NCBI GenBank assembly: GCA_964489545.1
Contig: CAZAZE010000001.1
Span: 417,592-481,591, forward strand
From: an uncultured Bacteroidales bacterium
GTDB lineage: Bacteria; Bacteroidota; Bacteroidia; Bacteroidales; JAGOPY01
Direction: 5' to 3'
Length of the DNA: 64,000 nucleotides
Within the stretch, counting starts at the first letter, position 1. Each line of letters begins with the position of its first letter. Below are positions 18,177-27,300 of this stretch, in pieces. The notes under the pieces are model-generated. The model was given only the letters and a program-made list of their open reading frames with translations. It made no database searches and had not been told where the DNA came from. The translations under genes were made by a program, and so were the position numbers.

Positions 18177-18200
18177 ATGGAAGAAAATGGCGATTAATCA

Positions 18201-18592
18201 GTGGAGCTGGAGGGATTCGAACCCTCGTCCAAACAGATGGCAGAGGTGCTTTCTACATGCTTAGCCGGTTATTGGTTGTCGGATAAGGCCCGGAAATCGG
18301 CACCCAAACCTTATCTTATCTCCTTATTCTCACTATGCCGCCGGAGCCTCGGCATAACCAGCCCGAAATTGCGAGCGCTCTGTGGTCCGGTTGGAATCAG
18401 GCATCTCCGCCGGCAGAACGTCCCGTCCCGAAACCTTGTCCCGGGATGAAGCCACAACCACTATCGTGATTAGGCAGCGAGAGCGAAGTTATTTTCGCCA
18501 GTTGTTTGTTCTCAGATGATATTTACGAGCGTATCTGAAAAGCTCGGCATGCTTACACAACCACTCAGCTGCTGTCAAAACCGGTCAGCCCC
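18201..18592 (-). ncRNA. ssrA: tmRNA (SsrA)
   Basis: The minus strand starts GGGGCTGACCGGTTTTGACAGC and ends GGACGAGGGTTCGAATCCCTCCAGCTCCAC. This gives the acceptor stem with the G3:U pair and a T-arm. The internal tag ORF GGC GAA AAT AAC TTC GCT CTC GCT GCC TAA encodes GENNFALAA (complement of 18470-18499), close to the Bacteroidetes GENNYALAA tag. Confidence 0.9.
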
Positions 18593-18607
18593 GTTGTGTA
18601 GTGTTGA

Positions 18608-18724
18608 GGTTTAAGGGTTAAGGTTTAAGTTAATTTAACCATTTAACCATTTAACCATTTAACAGTTTAACAATTTAACAGTGTAACAGTGTAACAATGT
18701 AACAATGTAACAATGTAACAAGTA
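18608..18724. repeat. Degenerating 8-bp tandem array immediately upstream of ssrA
   Basis: Eleven contiguous 8-mers occupy 18637-18724: AACCATTT x3, AACAGTTT, AACAATTT, AACAGTGT x2, AACAATGT x3, AACAAGTA. They are preceded by GGTTTAAG/GGTTAAG/GTTTAAG units at 18608-18636. Confidence 0.85.
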
Positions 18725-18953
18725 TGTTAGTCATCAAAAACCGTGCAAATATAGTGATTTTTCAGGGGAAATCCGACTTCCGGTATACAATTGCAGCCGG
18801 CAATCCCCGGATGGCCCGGAAAAGAACTTATCCGAAGTAATACTTGTTTTCTTTCTGGCTTTTAGCTACCTTTATGCACTTCGCCCTGATCAGGCTTAAG
18901 TAATAATTAATTAACTATTTAAATTTTAACAACTTAATTTAAATTTTAAAGTC

Positions 18954-19520
18954 ATGACCCCTGCGCCGAAAAAAAACCCGAAAAAGAAATCCGAAGGATT
19001 GCTGGATAAAGCGAAAAACTTCCTCGACAAAGCCGACGACTTCATCGAGGATAAAGTCAAAGACGTAAAAAAGAGCAAAACATTCAAAACCGCCAAAAAG
19101 AACCTGAAAAAGGTCGAGGTGTTCGTGGAAGACAAACTCGACGATTTTGAAAAGAGCAAGGCCAAGAAAAAAATCGACAAGACCCTCGACAAAGTGGGCG
19201 ACAAAGCGGAAGATACGCTGAAAAAGGCGAAAAAAGAGGGAAAGAAAATTGCCTTGTCGGCCGGTAAGAAACTGGTAGAACTCGGCAAGGAAAAGAAAGC
19301 GCCTGTAAAAAAGACGGCCGCAAAACCTAAAGCGAAGAAAGCACCGGCGAAACCGGCCAAAGCCGCGCCGAAAGCCAAAAAACCCGCTGCTGCAACCGCC
19401 AAAACCGTGAAACCCGCTGCCAAAAAACCGGCAACTAAAAAACCGGCTGCATCGGCAAAACCCGCGGTTAAGAAAGCGGCGCCCAAAAAACCGGCAACGC
19501 CCCGGAAAAAAACAAGCTGA
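18954..19520 (+). CDS. Histone H1-like lysine/alanine/proline-rich basic protein
   Basis: The C-terminal half is AKKPA/KPAAK-type low-complexity repeat (KPKAKKAPAKPAKAAPKAKKPAAATAKTVKPAAKKPATKKPAASAKPAVKKAAPKKPATPRKK). The N-terminal half is a charged helical segment. Confidence 0.7.
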   Translation: MTPAPKKNPKKKSEGLLDKAKNFLDKADDFIEDKVKDVKKSKTFKTAKKNLKKVEVFVEDKLDDFEKSKAKKKIDKTLDKVGDKAEDTLKKAKKEGKKIALSAGKKLVELGKEKKAPVKKTAAKPKAKKAPAKPAKAAPKAKKPAAATAKTVKPAAKKPATKKPAASAKPAVKKAAPKKPATPRKKTS

Positions 19521-19549
19521 ACTTCTAATAACAATCAAATTCTATAATC

Positions 19550-19996
19550 ATGGTTGAATCAATCATCAATGCACTGAAATCTGAAGTCGGCGAGCAGATC
19601 CTCGGCCAGACCGATCTCAAATCTGATCAGCTGAACGGAGTCTTTTCCGTCATCGGCGACGTGGCGACCAGGGAGGTAAAAGACCAGATGCTGAGCGGAA
19701 ACCTTTCGGACGTAATGAACCTGTTCTCCGACAAACCGAACACGGCCAGTGCCAACATCCTGCAGAACAACATCCTGAACGGGGTGATCAGCAACCTGGT
19801 GAGCAAACTCGGCCTATCCCAGGGCGTAGCCAGCACCATCGCTGCGATTGCCATCCCGGCCCTCATGAACCTGATTACGAAGAAGAACAGCACCACCCCC
19901 GACGACGATCCTTCGCCACTAAACGAGATCTTCGGCGGGAAAAAAGGAGGCCTGGGCGGGGCGCTCGGCGGTCTGCTCGGAAAAGTCTTTAAATAA
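19550..19996 (+). CDS. Hypothetical protein with glycine-rich C-terminus
   Basis: It is a clean ATG-started ORF whose codon usage looks like that of its neighbours. The C-terminus is GGKKGGLGGALGGLLGKVFK. No family was assigned. Confidence 0.5.
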   Translation: MVESIINALKSEVGEQILGQTDLKSDQLNGVFSVIGDVATREVKDQMLSGNLSDVMNLFSDKPNTASANILQNNILNGVISNLVSKLGLSQGVASTIAAIAIPALMNLITKKNSTTPDDDPSPLNEIFGGKKGGLGGALGGLLGKVFK

Positions 19997-20052
19997 CGAT
20001 GTTATCTTTTGGTGAGATAAACATCAATTCTAAACTATCTAAACTAACAATT

Positions 20053-20388
20053 ATGGGAAAATTTGAAGTGTACCAGAGCGGGAAAAAGGAAGAATATCGT
20101 TTCCGCCTGAAGGCCGACAACGGCCAGACCATCCTCAGCAGCGAGGGATACAGCAGCAAGGCTGCCTGTATAAATGGAATTGAATCGGTGAAAAAGAACG
20201 CCGGTGATCCGAAACGATTCAATAAAACCACTACCCCGACGGGAATGTTCCGTTTTTCGATTACTGCCGCCAACAACCAGGTGATCGGCACCAGCCAGAA
20301 TTACCAAAGCGAAAGCGGCTGCGACAACGGCATCGAATCCGTAGGTAAAAATGCACCTTCGGCTGAAATCAGGGAGGTTGAAGAATAG
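20053..20388 (+). CDS. YegP-family (DUF1508) tandem-repeat protein
   Basis: Two repeats have the YRFRLKADNGQTILSSEGYSSKAACINGIESVKKNA and FRFSITAANNQVIGTSQNYQSESGCDNGIESVGKNA pattern. I prefer ATG 20053 (MGKFEVYQ). Confidence 0.8.
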   Translation: MGKFEVYQSGKKEEYRFRLKADNGQTILSSEGYSSKAACINGIESVKKNAGDPKRFNKTTTPTGMFRFSITAANNQVIGTSQNYQSESGCDNGIESVGKNAPSAEIREVEE

Positions 20389-20444
20389 CAAAATCCATTT
20401 GATACGTTCATTTATTTAAGGCCACAGATTCACAGATTTTGTGC

Positions 20445-20570
20445 ATAATCTCAACCGATGGGTTTACCCGTCGGCGTAAAAAGTTATCCTTCTCGTGAAT
20501 AATCTCCACCGATGGGTTTACCCGTCGGCGTAAAAAGCCTTCCTTTACCTGTCGGCGTAAAAAGCCTTCC
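20445..20570. repeat. Direct repeats of a hairpin-containing element (2.5 copies)
   Basis: The 39-bp units ATAATCTC[A/C]ACCGATGGGTTTACCCGTCGGCGTAAAAAG lie at 20445-20483 and 20499-20537 with one mismatch. A partial third copy ACCTGTCGGCGTAAAAAGCCTTCC lies at 20547-20570. Each full unit holds the hairpin CCGATGGG-TTTA-CCCGTCGG. Confidence 0.85.
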
Positions 20571-20643
20571 CGTTTGCGCATTAAAAAAGGGCGTCCCCAA
20601 TGAGGAGGCACCCTTTTTCATGAATATACAAGTAAGCTCGTCC

Positions 20644-20880
20644 TTATTCGTCGGTCTTTTTCCGGGCCGACCAGAGCTTTTTCCCGCCGTAAGCCGCGCC
20701 CATGCCCAGCAGCAGGACCAGGCCGCTTCCTACCGGGGCCATGCCGCCGCCGGGAGCCGCGTTGCCCTCGCCTCCGTGTTCCGGAGGCGGCGGAGGCGGC
20801 TGGGTGAATGAGATCGCGCTGATTCCGATGATTAAGCCAAGGGTCATGCTGACTGCCAGTATTTTGAATCTGTTTTTCAT
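20644..20880 (-). CDS. Small secreted/anchored protein (signal peptide, poly-Pro, Gly-rich region, C-terminal TM plus basic tail)
   Basis: The sequence is MKNRFKILAVSMTLGLIIGISA...PPPPPP...GGGMAPVGSGLVLLLGMGAAYGGKKLWSARKK. It lies 56 nt downstream of the large LTD protein gene on the same strand. Confidence 0.45.
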   Translation of the reverse strand: MKNRFKILAVSMTLGLIIGISAISFTQPPPPPPEHGGEGNAAPGGGMAPVGSGLVLLLGMGAAYGGKKLWSARKKTDE

Positions 20881-20936
20881 ATCTTGATCTTTTTCTCTGT
20901 TTCTGAATTCATTTATTTTCCTGATCTTCAGCCGTA

Positions 20937-23900
20937 TTACTGTACAATCATTATTTTTCGGCTGTACACGCTGTTTCCGTCTGTCATCCGGACCGTATAA
21001 ACACCGGCCGGCAGCGACGTAACATTCAGCACGGTCCTGGCGCCCGCCGGGGCATTACCGCCGGCGACCACCTGGCCCATCAGGTTCATCACCGCCACTT
21101 CAGCATTCCGTTCAAGCCTGGAATCGATGTGGATGTTGCCGGCGCTTACATAGGCCGAGAACGGGGTGACAGCGACCGGGTCGCCAATGCCCAGGGTGGC
21201 GAAATGCAGCTGGAAGCGGTTCGCATCGTCGCCCTCAGTGGCCGTGAACTGGTATTGCATTCCGTTGGTCAGCTCGGTGACCACGCCGGTTTTCTTGTCG
21301 GTAAGATAGACAGTCAAACCGGGGAGGCTGGATTCGGCATCCAGGCCGATGCTGTATTCCATGGCCGTGTTCCTGACGAAGCCCAGGTCGATCACGCGGT
21401 TCACGTCGAGGCTGGGGAGCGTATTGGTGGAGAGTTGTTCAGCTCCGGCGACGGAGTAGAACTGCGGCGCGTAGCCGGCCAGGAAGCGGGAATCATAAGC
21501 CCGGTCATAGCCTTCCGTAGCCTCAGTTGCAGCGGCGATCACGCATTCCTGGGCCGTGTTGTGCTGCAGGTCGCGGGCGATCAGCATCAGCCGGCCTTCG
21601 GTAGCTTTGTACCAAGGCGTGGCATCGTGGATGCGGGCGGCCGAAGGGATGGTGAGGGAGGCGGGCGATCCGCTGAGCACCTGCACCATGAAGCCGTTCA
21701 TCGCCGGGATGGCCTCGCCCGGATCGATGTCGGTGTAAGCGGCACCGCTTTCCACCCAGATCTTGGCCACGCCCCCGAAATCGGATGAAACAGTCCAGTT
21801 TACGCCGTCATTCCAATTGAGGGCGCTGGCAAAGGGGTTGCCCAGGAGGTTCCATCCGCTGTAGGTGTTTCCGCCGGTGGCCGTGAGGTTCGTGGCGGTG
21901 ACATCGTCCGTGTTCAAAGCGCCGCTGAACTGACGGGTGCCTGAAGCCTGGTAGGCCACCAGGTAGCCCGTTCCCGGGACAAAACTCGTGATGTTGTTGG
22001 CGCCGACCTTCTGGTTGAGCCATTCATCATTGACTTCGCTCCACATATAGAAATCGTAGTTGGCCGGGGTGGGGTCGATAAAATCGGGTATAATGGTCTG
22101 AGATGCCACGGGCGAGGAAAGGAGGTGCCAACCATCCATGTCGTTACTCCATCCGCCGATGGTGCGCCGGACGACCACCGAAGCGGCTCCCGTACCAATA
22201 ATTCCATTGTCGATGAGCGAAGCTGTGCCGCCCCAATCCGAATCCAGGATCAGGCTGCATCCATCGAGGTTGATCGACGCATTGGGTACGGTAAGTGTTT
22301 TCCCAGGTGCAATGGTGATATTGAAGGTAGTAGTCGCGGAATTGTTATTGGAAAGAGCCGGATTACTTGCTGAGGAATAGCGCAACGTCACATTCTGGTT
22401 GATCAGAAGGTTTGTAATCGTGCTGAAAGTTGTGAATTTCGCCATACGGGTGATGTTGAACGTTCCGGTGCCGCCGATGGTGCAGGAAGGTCCTTCAATG
22501 TCCATGCCCAGTGCATCGGACGCACCGCCGATGGTCCCATCATTCAGGATGTTTCCATATACATAGATAAATGCCGTTCCGGTGGGATACCCGGAAGCCA
22601 TAACGGCTCCATTTTCCACGGTCAGGTCTAAAGCTTTAGCCAGTGTATAGGGAAGAGTCGGAAAAGTCACGGTATGCCCGGTTCTGATGGTCACATCGCA
22701 ATTCCAGAACTCAGGGATTTCGAGGGTTGAGGGAACCCAGTTCGTCCCGCCGTCGGTGGTGATTAGCCAGGTCGCCGGCACATTCCAGATGCCGGAGGCG
22801 GCGGAGCGGAATGCCAGGGGCAGCGTGGTGGCCGAGGCCTGAGGCACGATGCCGTCGGTTTTGTAGTCGATATAGGCCCCTGAATTGGTGTAGGGAAATA
22901 TTTTGAAATAGAAATCCTGATTGGGCAGCAGGTTGGTGAAGGTCACCGTCTGCACGCCGGCTGCGACATTCTTCACCAGTTGCCCGTCGGCTTCGGGAAC
23001 GAAGTCGGTGGGCGCGGTGATGTCGTTGAAGCCTGTCAGGCTGGCCTTGACCAGGTATCCTGTCGGTACGGTTCCGCCGGTGGCGTCGGTCCAGGTGAGC
23101 GGTATGGTGGTGGCAGCCGGTGTCCCCGCCAGGAAATTGGTGGCGTGGTTGGTGGGTTCGGGGAAAGGTACGGTTCCATCGCAGGTCACATTCACAGGTG
23201 TAGCCCCGCCACCACTGTTGATGATGATTTCATCGTTATAGTCGCCCGAACTGAGCCCAGCCTTCAGCCTAACGAATATTGTTGTAACTCCCAGGGTTCC
23301 GGTCATATAAGGCAATGTAGCTGAAGCGCTGAATGTGATGTCATCCGTGGAAACTTCGTAATTCGTACTCCCGGTCACCCCAATATTGCCGGAAGCGGGC
23401 GTAAGATTGGATCCGCTGAGGGTGTAAGATTGGGACGCGGAAGGGCCGGCGCCCGTATAATTAAATCCGGACAGTGCCAGGGGTGTTGCGGTCAGTATGG
23501 GTGTGACGACCGCCCCAAGCGTCTGGTTGTTGTTTAACTGGCCGGGGGTGTCATCCGCCGGGCCTTGCCAGGTAAAACTACTGTATTGATCTCCTGTTCC
23601 GGATAGCTGTAATGAATATCCAACGAGAGTACTACTTGATTCTGAAACACCAATATCTACGGAAGTTGTCCCATTAGCTGGACCATTGGTTGCCGAAAAA
23701 CTTCCCTCATAACTCAGGAATTGCCCTGATATCACCGCTCCATTGTAAGTTAAAGCCAAACCGTCAGGAGACCCATTCTGTAGTCCATTTACAGGGTAAA
23801 CTTTATGATATATTGTGAAATTGCCGATAGTAGCCCCAACAGCAAAGTCACTCAAATTGTACAAATCTCCATATGTTGCGCCATCTCCTCCATTGTAAAG

Positions 23901-24089
23901 GTATACTTCAAATAATGACAATGTATAGTTTCCCGGGTTTTCAATCACGACTTCGATGAATTCATTAACATCGGTGCTGGCATTGTCGTAATGAATCTCA
24001 TTGATCCACGCATTCTGGGCTTGCGCGCCCAGGAACGGGATCAGCAGGAGCATCGCAAATAATGAGTACTTTTTGTAAAAACGCTTCAT
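20937..24089 (-). CDS. Secreted lamin-tail-domain (LTD) / FN3 protein with T9SS C-terminal sorting domain
   Basis: There is a signal peptide and an LTD-like region (AWINEIHYDNASTDVNEFIEVVIENPG). An FN3-like segment reads PLTWTDATGGTVPTGYLVK...YFKIFPYTN. The C-terminal beta-sandwich tail ends VYTVRMTDGNSVYSRKIMIVQ. Confidence 0.75.
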   Translation of the reverse strand: MKRFYKKYSLFAMLLLIPFLGAQAQNAWINEIHYDNASTDVNEFIEVVIENPGNYTLSLFEVYLYNGGDGATYGDLYNLSDFAVGATIGNFTIYHKVYPVNGLQNGSPDGLALTYNGAVISGQFLSYEGSFSATNGPANGTTSVDIGVSESSSTLVGYSLQLSGTGDQYSSFTWQGPADDTPGQLNNNQTLGAVVTPILTATPLALSGFNYTGAGPSASQSYTLSGSNLTPASGNIGVTGSTNYEVSTDDITFSASATLPYMTGTLGVTTIFVRLKAGLSSGDYNDEIIINSGGGATPVNVTCDGTVPFPEPTNHATNFLAGTPAATTIPLTWTDATGGTVPTGYLVKASLTGFNDITAPTDFVPEADGQLVKNVAAGVQTVTFTNLLPNQDFYFKIFPYTNSGAYIDYKTDGIVPQASATTLPLAFRSAASGIWNVPATWLITTDGGTNWVPSTLEIPEFWNCDVTIRTGHTVTFPTLPYTLAKALDLTVENGAVMASGYPTGTAFIYVYGNILNDGTIGGASDALGMDIEGPSCTIGGTGTFNITRMAKFTTFSTITNLLINQNVTLRYSSASNPALSNNNSATTTFNITIAPGKTLTVPNASINLDGCSLILDSDWGGTASLIDNGIIGTGAASVVVRRTIGGWSNDMDGWHLLSSPVASQTIIPDFIDPTPANYDFYMWSEVNDEWLNQKVGANNITSFVPGTGYLVAYQASGTRQFSGALNTDDVTATNLTATGGNTYSGWNLLGNPFASALNWNDGVNWTVSSDFGGVAKIWVESGAAYTDIDPGEAIPAMNGFMVQVLSGSPASLTIPSAARIHDATPWYKATEGRLMLIARDLQHNTAQECVIAAATEATEGYDRAYDSRFLAGYAPQFYSVAGAEQLSTNTLPSLDVNRVIDLGFVRNTAMEYSIGLDAESSLPGLTVYLTDKKTGVVTELTNGMQYQFTATEGDDANRFQLHFATLGIGDPVAVTPFSAYVSAGNIHIDSRLERNAEVAVMNLMGQVVAGGNAPAGARTVLNVTSLPAGVYTVRMTDGNSVYSRKIMIVQ

Positions 24090-24334
24090 GTCTTTCCTTT
24101 TTTAATTAATATGATTAATAATTAGATATTTCAATATGTCTTAAGAATGATCAACCTATAAAGATAAGCTTTTTCATGGCAAAAATAATCAACATGGATG
24201 AAATGTCCGAACAGATGCGACATTTGTTAATAATTTGGTAATAAGCCTGCCTGCATTCCCCAAGTTAATTACATAATTTTAACGGGGTATAAACCCTGAT
24301 CTTGCACACCCATACCATCACCTGCAGAATTACT

Positions 24335-27300
24335 ATGTCAACCCGCATCATCCGCTCAGCGAATATTTTACTGATCCTTTTAATTCATTCTGGACTTTCG
24401 GCCAATAGCCAGGAATATGCTTCCGGATTCGCATCAAAAATCTCCGGCGAAGACCTCGAGTACCACAGTCCGCAGCCTGATGCGAAGCTGGCGCTGCTGG
24501 TGCGGTCGGAGGATTCATCGAGATATATTGAATGGGAGGGTGGTACACCTTGCAAGGGTTATAACCCTTGCAGGGTCCTCCTCCTCGCCGGCATCGACGT
24601 GAACCCCGAAGATCCCCGCTCCTGGAAAGTCTTTATCGACGGGCGGCACCATTTCACCATCCGGTCGCCGCTGGACACCCTGGAGAAAACCCTTCGGTGG
24701 GACAGCCCGCTGGGCGCCCGGATGGAGTTCCGCGCTACGGAGGTGGATAAATACGGGGATTTCATGGGCTATCTCACTGTCGAACTCCCCGCTCATCTCC
24801 TGGAACCGGGCAAACCTGTCCGCTTTAAGGTGGTCGGTGAATCGGCCGGGAGCCGGACCTGGTTCATGATCTTCCAGTATGAAACAGAAAATCGGATCAG
24901 ACTTATCACGGAAAATGCCGTGGAATACGGCCCCGACGGCAACCAGCAGTTGCTCCGGGCCTCTGTCGTGCAGTACGGCGATCCCCTGGAAGCCATGATC
25001 TGGGTGGGCGACCAGAAGTTTCAGCGGACCATCGGCTTTGGATACAACCAGCTCCACATCCCGGTCCGGGAGATCACCCGCGACACGCTGGTACGGGTGA
25101 AGATCGCGGCGAACGGGATTGCGCTCTATGACTCGGCCTTCAGCCTGAAGCCGGTCCCCTACCGGACCGTCTATCTCCTCCACCATTCCCACAACGATAT
25201 CGGTTACACCCATGTCCAGGACGAAGTGGAACGCCTGCAGTGGCAGTACCTGGAAGAAGCGGCGCAACTTGCGGAACAGACGCAGGAATTCCCGGAAGGG
25301 GCCCGGTTTCGGTGGAATACGGAAGTGATGTGGGCGCTGGAATCCTACCTTAACAGGACCGGGACGGACGAAAAACGCGAAGCCGTGATCCGGGCCCTGA
25401 AAAACGGATGGATCGAACCCGAAGCGCTGTATGCCAACGAACTGGTCTCGCTGTGCGAATCGGAAGAGTTGCTGCAGCTCATGGAACCGGCCCGCCGCAT
25501 GGCCCGTGATTACGGGATCCGGATCAGCTCCGCCATGATCACCGACATTCCGGGCTGGTCGTGGGGCCTGGTGACGGCACTGGCGCACAGCGGCGTCCGC
25601 TACCTGTCGCTGGGCACCAATACCGGGCACCGCATCGGAAAAACCATCGAAGTCTGGGGCGACCGGCCGTTCTGGTGGGTGTCGCCTTCGGGGGAGGAAA
25701 AGGTCCTTTGCTGGATCCATGAGAAAGGCTATTCCCTGTTCCATACCGGGCTGGATTACAAAAAGATTAAAAAACGCCTTCAGGAAGACCTGGCGTTCGA
25801 CTACCTCAACGAACTGGCAAGCCGGGACTATCCTTACAACATGGTGATGCTCCGGTATACCATCGGTTCCGACAACGGGCCGGTCGACGATTACCTTCCG
25901 GAAGCCGTGAAGGAATGGAACGAAAAATACGCCACGCCGAAGATCGTCATATCCACAGTTGGCGAAGCCTTCTCTATTTTTGAAGAAAAATACGGAACCA
26001 CGATCCCGGAGGTCCGGGGCGATTTCACCGCGTACTGGGAAGACGGCGCCTATTCCACCGCCCGGGAGACCATACTCAACCGCGCCAGCGCCGTCCGCCT
26101 GAACCAGGCGCAGATCCTGCACAGCCTTAATGGATCGGGCCATTATCCGGCAGAAGCCTTCCGGGAAGCCTGGCGCAATGTCCTGCTTTACGACGAGCAC
26201 ACCTGGGGTTCCTGGAATTCCATCAGCGAGCCCGAATCGGAATTTACCAGAGAACAATGGGCCATCAAGGAGCGGTTTGCGCGCAAGGCCCACCAGCAAA
26301 GCCACCAGTTGCTCCTAAGCGCCATGCCGGAGATCAGCCCGGCGGATATCCCCCTGAAGGCGCTTGACGTATTCAACACCTGTTCCTGGGCGCGTTCCGG
26401 GCTGGTGAGCCTGCCGGCGGAAGTGCTGCCGGATCAGCCGGTCATCACCAGTGAACAGGGCGAAATTCTTCCCATACAGCGGCTCAGCGACGGGCAATGG
26501 GTGTTCCTGGCCCGCGACATCCCGGCGCTGGGTTCGGCATCTTACACCATCACACCGGGCCGGGCCGCATTCCGGTTCCCGGATGAGGGCGCCCCGGTGC
26601 CGGTTTTGGAGAACGATCTGTTCAGCATCCGGGTGTCGGAGGAAAACGGAGCCCTGACCGAACTCACATGGAAAGCGCAGGGGATCGATCTTGCCGGCCG
26701 CGATGAATGGTCGGGACTGAACGATTATGTCTACGTGGCGGGAAGAAACCCGGAGAACGCCATGGGCGTTGAAGCTGCAAGGATCATGCGCGGGGAATCC
26801 GGCCCGGTGCTGAACTCGCTCAGGATCATCAGCCGCCCGCCCGGATGCAGGCAGATGGAAACGGAAATCAACCTGGTGAACGGCATGGAAGAGATCATCA
26901 TCAGCAACACCCTCGATAAAGAACCTGTCTACGATCCCGAAGCGGTCCATTTCGCGTTCCCGTTCAGGGTTCCCGGAGGAAAGACGCGCTACGACCTGGC
27001 CTTTGCGCACTGTCTGCTCGAAGACGACCAGATCAAAGGATCGAACCGAAACTTCATCACCCTGGAAAACTGGGCGGATGTCTCCAATGATGCCTTCGGA
27101 GTGACCCTCGCCTGCCCCGACGCCCCCCTGTTCCAGTCCGGGAAAATCACGATGGACGAGATCGTGACCGGATGGCGGGAACGGCTTGAACCCTCATCAA
27201 CCGTCATCTCCTATGTCATGAACAATTACTGGGAAACCAATTTCGCCGCCGCGCAGGAAGGCATGGCCAGTTTCAGCTACATGATCCGGCCGCATCAGGG

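Larger units (their letters stand above)
1..18200. mobile_element. Integrative island inserted next to the 3' end of ssrA; the left end is not inside the window
   Basis: Base composition shifts abruptly: AT-rich to the left of ssrA and GC-rich to the right. The integrase lies 266 nt from the tmRNA 3' end. Xis-, RteC- and Rep-like backbone genes and restriction/defence cargo are present. I found no second copy of the tmRNA 3' end by eye, so the far att site is probably beyond position 1. Confidence 0.7.

Noticed and set aside
18608-18724. Possible CRISPR array or replication iterons
   Set aside because: The 8-bp period has no spacers, so it is not CRISPR. It lies on the chromosomal side of ssrA, away from the island Rep-like gene, so an iteron role is unsupported. 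It is kept only as an unexplained tandem array.
18926-19538. Two roughly 200-aa minus-strand ORFs (F/A/G-rich and F/R/G-rich)
   Set aside because: They are reverse-complement frames of the lysine/alanine repeat gene, where AAA/GCN repeats read as TTT/NGC. These are compositional artefacts.
20445-20570. Possible mini-CRISPR array
   Set aside because: There are only 2.5 repeat copies, spacers of 15 nt or less, and no cas genes in the window. The units behave like a REP-type hairpin element instead.
20408-20811. Small ORFs (67 and 99 aa) running through the hairpin-repeat region
   Set aside because: Their repetitive peptide (FLRRRVNPSVEI twice) simply mirrors the DNA direct repeats. They lie in a convergent intergenic/terminator zone.
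24515-26305. 596-aa minus-strand ORF, the longest unannotated ORF in the window
   Set aside because: It lies entirely antisense to the GH38-like gene in GC-rich DNA. Its Arg/Gly/Pro-rich composition has no motifs. The sense frame carries the diagnostic HSHND motif and a signal peptide, so this is a shadow ORF.
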